Assembly: GCF_000023965.1 (NCBI RefSeq)
Contig: NC_013202.1
Location: 2,670,001 to 2,702,000 of the forward strand
Reading direction: 5' to 3'
Source: Halomicrobium mukohataei DSM 12286
GTDB taxonomy: Archaea; Halobacteriota; Halobacteria; Halobacteriales; Haloarculaceae
DNA: 32,000 bases
Made by a program: the position numbers and the translations under genes. The notes below the pieces were generated by a model. It did no database searches and was not told the origin of the DNA. It worked only from the letters and a program-made list of their open reading frames with translations. Shown piece by piece: positions 25,072-32,000 of the stretch (its first letter is position 1; the number at the start of each line of letters is the position of its first letter).

Positions 25072-26094
25072 GTGCGAATCGGCTCCGATCCCCTCGACCG
25101 GCTGAGCATTCCCGACGGCACGACCGTCGAGGAGCACGATCTGGTCACCGACGGGAACGTCATCGTCGGCGGCCAGAGCACGGTCGACTTCGGGGTCCGG
25201 GGCCACTCGGTCATGGCGGGCGAGCGTGTCTCCTTCGGCGGCCACATCGAGGCCGAGGGCGACTGCCGGCTCGACATGTGGTCGACCGTCGACGACAACG
25301 TGTTGGTCGGAGAGAACGCCTACCTCGGCGAGCGCGTCCAGATCGACGGGGAGCTGAAGGTCGCGGGTGACCTCGACATCGGCGACGACGTGGACATCGA
25401 AGACGGCTTCGAGGCCAACGGCTGGATCGTCATCCGCAACCCGATGCCGACGATCGTCTTCCTGTTCGTCTACCTCTCCCAGCTGCTTCGGGTCGGCGAG
25501 GAGGAGGCCGCCGAGGAAGTCCTCTCCTCGCTGACCGAGGACGACGGGCCGGACCACGACCCGCTGTTGATCCCTCGCGGCGCGACCGTGAGCGACGACC
25601 GCTGGCAGGTCTCGACGCCCGCGACGATCGGCGACGACTGCCGACTCCACGGCAACGTCCGGGCCGAGGAACTGACGGTCGGACGCGACGGCGTGGTCTT
25701 CGGGAGCCTCCGGGCGAGGGGAGACGTTGCCGTCGGCCGCGGGACGGAGATCAAAGGCGACGTGACGACCCGGAGCGGCGACGTTCGGATCGGCCCCGGC
25801 GTCACGGTCTGGGGCGACGTGGTGGCAGAGAACGTCGCACTCCACGAGAACGCCACCATCGATGGGACGATGCGAGCCAGCGGCGAGATGCGGATGCACA
25901 CCGACGAGGTGCTCGACCGCCCCGACGAGACGGCCGAAGCGATGGCCGAGGCCGCCGAGGAGCTCGGCGACGACCAGGCCGCGGTCGCCGCTGCCGACGA
26001 GACGGTCGCGGGCGAACACGGCGAGACGAGCGCGGAGGAGGCGGGGGAAGCGAGCGACGACGGTGACGACGAGCCGGTCGAGGCACACGAGTGA
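25072..26094 (+). CDS. Polymer-forming cytoskeletal protein with two bactofilin-like beta-helix segments (halofilin HalA-like architecture)
   Basis: Repetitive G-x-V/I beta-helix-type repeats occur on both sides of a hydrophobic helix NGWIVIRNPMPTIVFLFVYLSQLL (about nt 25420..25491). One side reads VIVGGQSTVDFGVRGHSVMAGERVSFGGHIEAEGD... and the other IGDDCRLHGNVRAEELTVGRDGVVFGSLRARGDVAVGRGTEIKGDV... Acidic disordered tail. Confidence 0.65.
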   Translation: MRIGSDPLDRLSIPDGTTVEEHDLVTDGNVIVGGQSTVDFGVRGHSVMAGERVSFGGHIEAEGDCRLDMWSTVDDNVLVGENAYLGERVQIDGELKVAGDLDIGDDVDIEDGFEANGWIVIRNPMPTIVFLFVYLSQLLRVGEEEAAEEVLSSLTEDDGPDHDPLLIPRGATVSDDRWQVSTPATIGDDCRLHGNVRAEELTVGRDGVVFGSLRARGDVAVGRGTEIKGDVTTRSGDVRIGPGVTVWGDVVAENVALHENATIDGTMRASGEMRMHTDEVLDRPDETAEAMAEAAEELGDDQAAVAAADETVAGEHGETSAEEAGEASDDGDDEPVEAHE

Positions 26095-26106
26095 TGTCGC
26101 CGGCCC

Positions 26107-27906
26107 TCACTCGTCGATCGTGACGCCGGAGAACTCGAACCGTGCGCCGCCGTCCTCGCTCTCGGTGAGCGTGATCTGCCAGCCGTGGGCCTCGGCGATC
26201 CCGGAGACGATCGCGAGCCCGAACCCGGTCCCGTTGGGCGCGGTCGAGTACTGGGTGTCGAAGACGCGGTCGTGGTCGGCCGCGGGAATGCCACGGCCGT
26301 CGTCCGCCACGTAGAAGCCGTCCGGGAGCGTCCCGACTCGAACCGTCGTGTCCGCACCGGCGTGCTCGACCGCGTTGCGCAGGAGGTTTTCGAGGAGCTG
26401 TCTGAGTCGGAGCTCGCTGGCACGGATCCGCAGGTCGGTCTCGACGACGAGCGTCGCGTCGGCGGTCCGGAGATTCTGCCAGGCGGTCTCGACGATCCTC
26501 GCGAGCGGGACCGTCCGGAACTCGCCCACGGCGTCCTGGCGGGCAAGGGCGAGGATGTCGGTGATCATGTCCTCCATGCGATCGATCGCGCGGTGACCGC
26601 GCTCGAAGTGCGCTCGATCGCCGGTCTCGGCCGCGCCGTCGAGTGCCCCACGCAACACCTGCAGGGGATTTCGGAGGTCGTGAGAGACCACCGACGCGAA
26701 CTCTTCGAGGCGGTCGTTCTTGCGCTGGAGTTCGCGCTCGCGTTCCCGCTGGTCGCTCACGTCGCGGCTGATCGCCAGGAACCGCTCGCCGTCGTCGACG
26801 CCCAGGCAACGGATGTGGACTTCCGTGGGGAACGTCGTGCCGTCTCGACACAGGAACTCGCCCTCCGAGCGACACCTGTCGCCGGGTTCCATCTCCTCCC
26901 AGAGCGACAGCGCGCGCTCCGGATCGGCGGCCTGATCGAGGTCCCAGACGGACATGTCGGTCAGCGTCGACTCGTCGTAGCCGGTCATCTCGCGCATCTG
27001 GGCGTTGGTCTCGACGATCCGTCCCTCGGCGTCGTGGACGTTGATCATGTCGGGCGAGTGTTCGAACAGCGCCCTGAGCCGCCGCCTGGACTGTCTGAGT
27101 TCCGCCTGGCGTTCGTGTTCGCCCGTGACTTCTCGGACGACGACGAGGAGCTTCTCGGCGTCCCCGCCGCTTCCGATCGGCCGGATCTGTGCCTCGTGGA
27201 ACACACGTCCGTCCAGTGACTCGGGACCGACCGTGTGCGACACCGGCTCGTCAGACGCCAGCGACTCCCGGTATCGGGCCTCGATGGAGGGGCCGTACTC
27301 CGGACCGAACGCCTCGGTGGGCGTCCGGCCTTCGATCTCTGGGACCGACGTACCGGCCAGCTCCGCGAGCCGCTCGTTACACCGGCGATACCGGCAGTCG
27401 TCTTCGGAGAGTTCGACGATCGCGACGCCACAGTCGACGTGCTCGAACACCGCCGTCCACTCGGACGGCGTGAGAGTGCGTGCGGTCGTCGCCGCCGACG
27501 AGACGGCGGTCCGAACCCGTCGAGCCAGCAGCGTCGCCTGGTCCGTCGCCGGCCACCGGAAGACCTCGGTCGCGCCCGCATCGATCGCGGCGACGGCGAC
27601 CCCCGTCGCCGCGGCGTCCGTAGTGACGACGACCGGCAACGCTGGCCGCCGCTCGTGGACGGCGTCGAGTGCGTCACGGACGAGCGGCGAGGACAGACCG
27701 CGGTCGACGACGACACAGTCGAAGGCGTCGGCGTTCGACTCGAACTGTCTGACGATCCCGTCGACCCCTGCGACGGTGTCTACCCGAAAGTCCTCACCGG
27801 ACCGGTTCAGCACCGCCCCCACGTCGTCACCGTCCTCCGACTGCCCACGGACAGCCAGGATCCGAATCGTGGATTGCACTGGATTATTGTTTGCGCCGTC
27901 GTACAA
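26107..27906 (-). CDS. Hybrid sensor histidine kinase: (atypical) receiver - PAS - PAS - HisKA - HATPase_c
   Basis: H-box FASVVSHDLRNPL, N-box LLENLLRNAVEH, G1 DDGRGI, G2 GTGFGLAIV. Two PAS-like segments. The start is either TTG 27906 or GTG 27879. Confidence 0.9.
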   Translation of the reverse strand: MYDGANNNPVQSTIRILAVRGQSEDGDDVGAVLNRSGEDFRVDTVAGVDGIVRQFESNADAFDCVVVDRGLSSPLVRDALDAVHERRPALPVVVTTDAAATGVAVAAIDAGATEVFRWPATDQATLLARRVRTAVSSAATTARTLTPSEWTAVFEHVDCGVAIVELSEDDCRYRRCNERLAELAGTSVPEIEGRTPTEAFGPEYGPSIEARYRESLASDEPVSHTVGPESLDGRVFHEAQIRPIGSGGDAEKLLVVVREVTGEHERQAELRQSRRRLRALFEHSPDMINVHDAEGRIVETNAQMREMTGYDESTLTDMSVWDLDQAADPERALSLWEEMEPGDRCRSEGEFLCRDGTTFPTEVHIRCLGVDDGERFLAISRDVSDQRERERELQRKNDRLEEFASVVSHDLRNPLQVLRGALDGAAETGDRAHFERGHRAIDRMEDMITDILALARQDAVGEFRTVPLARIVETAWQNLRTADATLVVETDLRIRASELRLRQLLENLLRNAVEHAGADTTVRVGTLPDGFYVADDGRGIPAADHDRVFDTQYSTAPNGTGFGLAIVSGIAEAHGWQITLTESEDGGARFEFSGVTIDE

Positions 27907-28072
27907 AAGTTCGGCTCCTAGATCGAGAAACGATATCGGCCTGACAGCACCGGAGCGGTCGGAAGTCGGCGGCCGTCCGAGGACGGGTTACGACACGACG
28001 CGGTGTCACTCACGGGCACCGGTGCTGCGGGGAACCGAAACCCCCTTTTCCGTGACCGCGGTAGCGGGTGGC

Positions 28073-29251
28073 ATGCTCTCTGTGGCGCTGGCGGGCAAGC
28101 CAAACGCCGGCAAGTCTACGTTCTACACCGCCGCGACCGAATCGGAGGTCGACGTGGGGAACTACCCGTTCACGACCATCGACGCCAACCGCGGCGTCAG
28201 CTACGTCCGGACCGACTGTCCCTGTCTCGACCGGGCGGAGCGCTGTGGCGACGAACACTGCCGGGACGGCAAGCGCTACGTCCCGGTCGAACTGCTCGAC
28301 GTGGCCGGCCTCGTCCCCGGTGCCCACGAGGGGCGCGGACTGGGAAACCAGTTCCTCGACGAGTTGACCAACGCCGACGTGATCCTCAACGTCGTCGACG
28401 CCTCCGGAGGGACCAACGAGGAGGGCGAACCGGTCGAGATCGGCGACCACGACCCCGTCGAAGACGTCGACTTCGTCGAGACGGAACTGGACCTCTGGCT
28501 GGCCAGCATCGTCGACCGCAACTGGGAGGCCGTCGAGCGGGCGTCCCGGTCGCCGGAGTTCGACCTCGACGAGGTGCTGACGGACATGCTCACCGGCGTC
28601 GGAGCGACGCCCAAAGACGTGGCGACGGTGCTGCGAGAGATGAGCTATCCAGAGGACCCGATCGCCTGGACCGACGACCACCGCGAGACGCTGGCCCGAG
28701 AGATCCGCCTGCGGACCAAGCCCATCGTCGTCGTCGCCAACAAGGCAGACATCGCGCCCCCGGAGAACGTCGAACGGCTCCGTGAAGCCGCCGAGATAGT
28801 GGTCCCGGCGACCGCCGACGGCGAACTCGGTCTGCGCCGGGCCGCGGACGCGGGCGTCGTCGACTACGATCCCGGCGACGACGACTTCCGGATCCTCGGT
28901 GACGTGAGCGACGACCAGCGCGAGGGGCTCGAACAGATCCGCGACGTGATGGACGAGTGGGACGGGACCGGCGTCCAGCAGGCCCTCGATCGCGCCGTCT
29001 ACGATCTCCTGGACATGCTGACGGCCTACCCGGTTCAGAGCGAGAGCAAGTGGACCGACGGCCAGGGCAACGTCCTCCCGGACGCCTTCCTGCTCCCCGA
29101 CGGCTCGACGCCGAAAGATCTCGCCTACGCGGTCCACTCGGACATCGGCGAGGGCTACCTCCACGCCGTCGACGCCCGCGAGGACCGGCGGATCAGCGAC
29201 GATCACGAGCTCTCTGAGGGCGACGTGGTCAAGATCGTCAGCTCGAACTAG
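28073..29251 (+). CDS. ychF: Obg-like ATPase/GTPase YchF (with C-terminal TGS-like domain)
   Basis: Track ORF 27005..29251, trimmed to ATG 28073 ([18 protein letters not shown]). G1 GKPNAGKS, G3 DVAGLV, G4 NKAD. Confidence 0.9.
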   Translation: MLSVALAGKPNAGKSTFYTAATESEVDVGNYPFTTIDANRGVSYVRTDCPCLDRAERCGDEHCRDGKRYVPVELLDVAGLVPGAHEGRGLGNQFLDELTNADVILNVVDASGGTNEEGEPVEIGDHDPVEDVDFVETELDLWLASIVDRNWEAVERASRSPEFDLDEVLTDMLTGVGATPKDVATVLREMSYPEDPIAWTDDHRETLAREIRLRTKPIVVVANKADIAPPENVERLREAAEIVVPATADGELGLRRAADAGVVDYDPGDDDFRILGDVSDDQREGLEQIRDVMDEWDGTGVQQALDRAVYDLLDMLTAYPVQSESKWTDGQGNVLPDAFLLPDGSTPKDLAYAVHSDIGEGYLHAVDAREDRRISDDHELSEGDVVKIVSSN

Positions 29252-29276
29252 ACCGCCGTAGCCACCGAGAATCGTT

Positions 29277-30128
29277 CTACAGCGGCCCCAGCCACACCGC
29301 GGCCACGAGCACCGCGAGGAAGACGTACGAACCACGGATCAAGAGCTTCGTCGCGAGCTCCGGCCCGGCGTCGCGCGCGAGGAGCGCGACCCCGAGGAAG
29401 GCGACTGCCGCGAGCCCACCGCTGGGCGGGATGCCCGGCAGCGTCAGCGCCGCGGCGACGACGGCGACCATCCCGGCGAGCATCAGTCCGTACGCGACGC
29501 GGCGCGCGCGGGCAGGGCCGAGGACGACCGCGACGGTCCGCTTGCCGATCGACCGATCGTAGTCGTAGTCGGTCGCGTCGTCGATCACTTTGATCCCCGA
29601 GAGGACGACGAGAAAGACGGCAGCCAGCGCGAGCATCGTCGCCGTCAGGGCCGTCGTCTGGACGTAGTAGCCCCCGAGCAGTGCCAGCGCGATCCCGGAG
29701 GGGTAGCCGGCCGTCGCCGTCAGCGGGTGCATGTCCAGTTGGGGCGCGTGGTGGAACCCGATCAGCCAGCCCGGCAGCGTCAGCAGCGCGGCCGGGAGAT
29801 TCACGAGGAGCGCGAGCGCGACCGTCGCCGCCACGAACCCCGCCGTCGACAGCGCCAGCGCGACCCGACAGCCACGTTCCGTGAGCGGGTGTGCCTCGTC
29901 CTCGCCACGCTCGTAGAAGTCGACGTAGCCGTCCTTGACGTGGGCCGTGTACAGCGCACAGAACACCGCGACAGCGTGCAGCGCAGCCAGTCGAACCGAG
30001 AACGACGACCCGTACAGCCCCCCGAACAGCGACGCTGCGACCGGCGGGAGCATGAATACGGGGTGGATCTGAGAGGCGAGTGCGCGAACCGCCGGAACCG
30101 GCCCCTGTCCCTCGGTGGCGAGTGGCAT
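29277..30128 (-). CDS. UbiA-family prenyltransferase
   Basis: Track start 30155 is TTG. I prefer ATG 30128. Polytopic, with Asp-rich motifs HVKDGYVDFYERGED and KVIDDATDYDYDR. Confidence 0.75.
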   Translation of the reverse strand: MPLATEGQGPVPAVRALASQIHPVFMLPPVAASLFGGLYGSSFSVRLAALHAVAVFCALYTAHVKDGYVDFYERGEDEAHPLTERGCRVALALSTAGFVAATVALALLVNLPAALLTLPGWLIGFHHAPQLDMHPLTATAGYPSGIALALLGGYYVQTTALTATMLALAAVFLVVLSGIKVIDDATDYDYDRSIGKRTVAVVLGPARARRVAYGLMLAGMVAVVAAALTLPGIPPSGGLAAVAFLGVALLARDAGPELATKLLIRGSYVFLAVLVAAVWLGPL

Positions 30129-30197
30129 ACGCGACACGTCGAACCGAACTGACAAAAAGTCGGGCCCCGTCGGTCGAACAGAGCGTCGGTGTCCGTG

Positions 30198-30569
30198 CTA
30201 CGCCCAGTTACCGCGATCGAGGACGAACCCGGAGACGTGAGATGCCAGTTCTCGGGCCGCCCGCTCGCTGTGAGCGTGCAGTTCGCCCGAGACGTGGCCG
30301 GCCTCGCCGCCCACCCCCTCCGCCTCGGAGATCGGGTCGGTCCCCGTCGGGTAGCCCCGGCGCGAGCGGACCCGATCACGGAGCGACTGGACGACGCCGC
30401 TGGTGAGGCGAGCGTCGAGGTGCTGGAGGTCGTACTTGACGATGTACCCGCGGTCGGCGTTCCGGACGGCGAGTACCGGCTCGCCTCGGTCGCGACAGCG
30501 GTCCCAGATCGCGCGCTGCTCGTCGCGGCTCTCGTAGACCGGAACGTTCGACGATGCCAGGTGATCCAT
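30198..30569 (-). CDS. Conserved hypothetical cytoplasmic protein (123 aa)
   Basis: GC3-rich ORF with a clean ATG and tight spacing to neighbours. No motif that I recognise. Confidence 0.5.
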   Translation of the reverse strand: MDHLASSNVPVYESRDEQRAIWDRCRDRGEPVLAVRNADRGYIVKYDLQHLDARLTSGVVQSLRDRVRSRRGYPTGTDPISEAEGVGGEAGHVSGELHAHSERAARELASHVSGFVLDRGNWA

Positions 30570-30609
30570 ACGGCTACCGTACGGGTCGCGAGGATAATGT
30601 GGCTATCGG

Positions 30610-30906
30610 CTACTGCACCGTCACGTAGCTCAGGACGGCGATCGCGACGAACTGCAGGCTCCGGAGCACCAGGACAGCCTGCTGAACGTGTGGATCACCG
30701 GCGTAGAGACTCGACATCGAGAAGAAGAAGTAGACCGCGACGGCGTTCTCCGCGAGCATCGCGACGGCGAAGACGACCAGTCCGCCCACGAGATTCGTCC
30801 GGAACGTCGAGTAGTTGCGGATCCAGATCCCGATCAGGGGCAACAGGATGAGCACGTTCAGCGCCGCCAACGCCGAGGCCGCCTTGATAAGTGGTCCCAT
30901 CGCCAT
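30610..30906 (-). CDS. Small 3-helix membrane protein, coupled to the upstream wHTH regulator
   Basis: 98 aa hydrophobic. Its ATG shares one base with the regulator stop (TGATG). Confidence 0.55.
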   Translation of the reverse strand: MAMGPLIKAASALAALNVLILLPLIGIWIRNYSTFRTNLVGGLVVFAVAMLAENAVAVYFFFSMSSLYAGDPHVQQAVLVLRSLQFVAIAVLSYVTVQ

Positions 30907-31181
30907 CAGTCGATCCGCTCCATGATCTCCTCGAACGTCTCTCGGTTCCGCTCGAACCGATCGGTCAGGAAGTACAGTTTCGCGTAGTCGGTGTCGCCCG
31001 GTTCGACGACGTCGTGTTCGATCAACTGGTCCATGTGGTGTCGGATCGTCTTGTAGCCCACGTCGAGTTCCTCCGCGAGTTCGTTTGCGTTCATCGGTCT
31101 GTCAGAGAGCGCGTCGATAATTCGAGCGCGATTTTCCCCACCTCGTGTCGCAGTCAGTAGATACCAGAGGGCCTTCTCCAT
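30906..31181 (-). CDS. Winged helix-turn-helix transcriptional regulator (ArsR-like)
   Basis: Track start 31199 is TTG. I prefer ATG 31181 (MEKALWYLLTATRGGENRARIIDALSDRPMNANELAEELDVGYKTIRHHMDQLIEHDVV). Confidence 0.75.
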   Translation of the reverse strand: MEKALWYLLTATRGGENRARIIDALSDRPMNANELAEELDVGYKTIRHHMDQLIEHDVVEPGDTDYAKLYFLTDRFERNRETFEEIMERID

Positions 31182-31295
31182 CGCACCATCTTGAAACAAC
31201 TCCAGCGGCGTCGATTATAGTCCTGTCCATCGAGTCGGCACGGTGTCAGTGACGGGGCGGGCGCACAAAACGGTTGTTCGAACGCCGTCCCGAAA

Positions 31296-31315
31296 GTGGG
31301 TCGAATGTGACCCAC
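31296..31315. promoter_or_regulatory. Perfect 7-bp inverted repeat GTGGGTC-gaatgt-GACCCAC (candidate operator or terminator hairpin)
   Basis: Lies about 115 nt upstream of the wHTH start and about 90 nt downstream of the spondin-like gene stop. Confidence 0.3.
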
Positions 31316-31406
31316 ATCGCGGACCGGCCAGACATCGGCGCGACGCCGTCGGTCTATGTCCGGCTACCGACGCGTCGCCTCCTCGGGACCGACTGTCGTC
31401 GGTGTC

Positions 31407-32000
31407 TTATCGGGGCTGTACGAGCACGCGAAGCACGTCGCTGGTGTCGGGGTAGTCGTAGCCGTTGATCGTCTCGACCGGTGCGACCGTGCCACGCTCG
31501 ACCAGACCGACGCCGGCACCTCGCTGGCGCTGGACCTGGTTCTCGCCGACGCCGGGCTCCTCGTTGATCTCGGTCCCCGCGTCCCAGAGGTCGACGCGGT
31601 CGGTCACGTCGCCCTGGACCGACTGTTCGTCCGAACTGAGTGGAATCCCCGTCGCGCCCCCCAGCGCGTAGAAGAGGTCGTTCGAAGGAACGAACATCGT
31701 CACCATCGAGAGGTACAGATCGTCGGTCGCCAGTCGCTCGGTCTCGAAGTCGTAAGAGTGGTTCGGCAGTAGCGGACCGGGTTCGTCGCTACCGGCCGGA
31801 ACTGCCTGAACACCGGCGTCGTGGACCGTCTCTCGTTCGCCGAGCGACGCGACGAGAGACTTGGGCGAACCGTCTTCGGCGACGCCTTCGAGCCCGTTGC
31901 CTCGCGCCGACTCACCGGCGGTGAAGATCGGTTCGTCGGCTTCGTGGACTGCGTAGACGACCGGCGAGAGCGGGACCGGCTGCTCGGCCGCGTCCCCCTC
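31407..32000 (-). CDS. Spondin-N-like domain protein, C-terminal 197 codons (gene continues past the right window edge)
   Basis: The track lists only 31407..31706. I find the same frame open up to base 32000 (EGDAAEQPVPLSPVVYAVHEADEPIFTAGE...LYLSMVTMFVPSNDLFYALGG...). The MxxPSND(L/W)F pattern recalls bacterial spondin-domain proteins. Confidence 0.45.
   Translation of the reverse strand, partial: EGDAAEQPVPLSPVVYAVHEADEPIFTAGESARGNGLEGVAEDGSPKSLVASLGERETVHDAGVQAVPAGSDEPGPLLPNHSYDFETERLATDDLYLSMVTMFVPSNDLFYALGGATGIPLSSDEQSVQGDVTDRVDLWDAGTEINEEPGVGENQVQRQRGAGVGLVERGTVAPVETINGYDYPDTSDVLRVLVQPR

Noticed and set aside
25024-26875. Three long overlapping minus-strand ORFs (354, 358, 357 aa) across the bactofilin-like gene and the 3' part of the kinase gene
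   Set aside because: Their frames are mutually exclusive and highly Arg/Pro/Ser-rich, with no motifs. The region is fully explained by 25072..26094 (+) and 26107..27906 (-).
27005-28072. N-terminal 356 codons of track ORF 27005..29251
   Set aside because: This stretch is antisense to the histidine kinase and Ser/Arg-rich. YchF homology begins at [16 protein letters not shown] (ATG 28073).

Overview
High-GC (roughly two-thirds G+C by eye) archaeal chromosomal segment, almost certainly from a haloarchaeon (class Halobacteria). Support for this: acidic proteins, a PGF-CTERM anchor, archaeal FEN1/Gar1/SRP19/presenilin homologues, TATA-like boxes about 27 nt upstream of several start codons (leaderless-looking genes), and many ATGA/GTGA-coupled gene pairs. 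I support about 40 densely packed CDS, mostly housekeeping or metabolic. In order: fumC (partial), fen1, GNAT, a SAM-methyltransferase, an ornithine cyclodeaminase-family enzyme, a presenilin-like protease, gar1-srp19, a btuFCD-like ABC importer, a CAP-domain protein, a MaoC dehydratase, coxB, a ctaA-ctaB fusion, an ABC-2 exporter, DUF420, the methylmalonyl-CoA mutase B12 subunit plus MeaB, an alpha/beta hydrolase, thiolase plus a DUF35 partner, a double-bactofilin (halofilin-like) protein, a REC-PAS-PAS histidine kinase, ychF, a UbiA prenyltransferase, a wHTH plus membrane pair, and a partial spondin-like protein. I found no rRNA, tRNA, CRISPR array, transposase, integrase or recognisable defence gene, and I do not see a convincing novel multi-gene system. 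The ORF track contains many long spurious antisense or alternate-frame ORFs, as expected at this GC content. It also misses three things: the edge-truncated fumC, the upstream part of the spondin-like gene, and a 46-aa zinc-finger gene. The most interesting unexplained structure is non-coding. Two unrelated families of 81-85 bp hairpin-within-hairpin repeats occur here. One is a direct pair bracketing a 2-gene cassette and donating stop codons to both convergent neighbours. The other is an inverted pair 14.5 kb apart. There is also a 122-bp insertion with perfect 18-bp direct repeats that splits the coupled thiolase/DUF35 junction. All homology calls come from motif recognition by eye; no searches were run.
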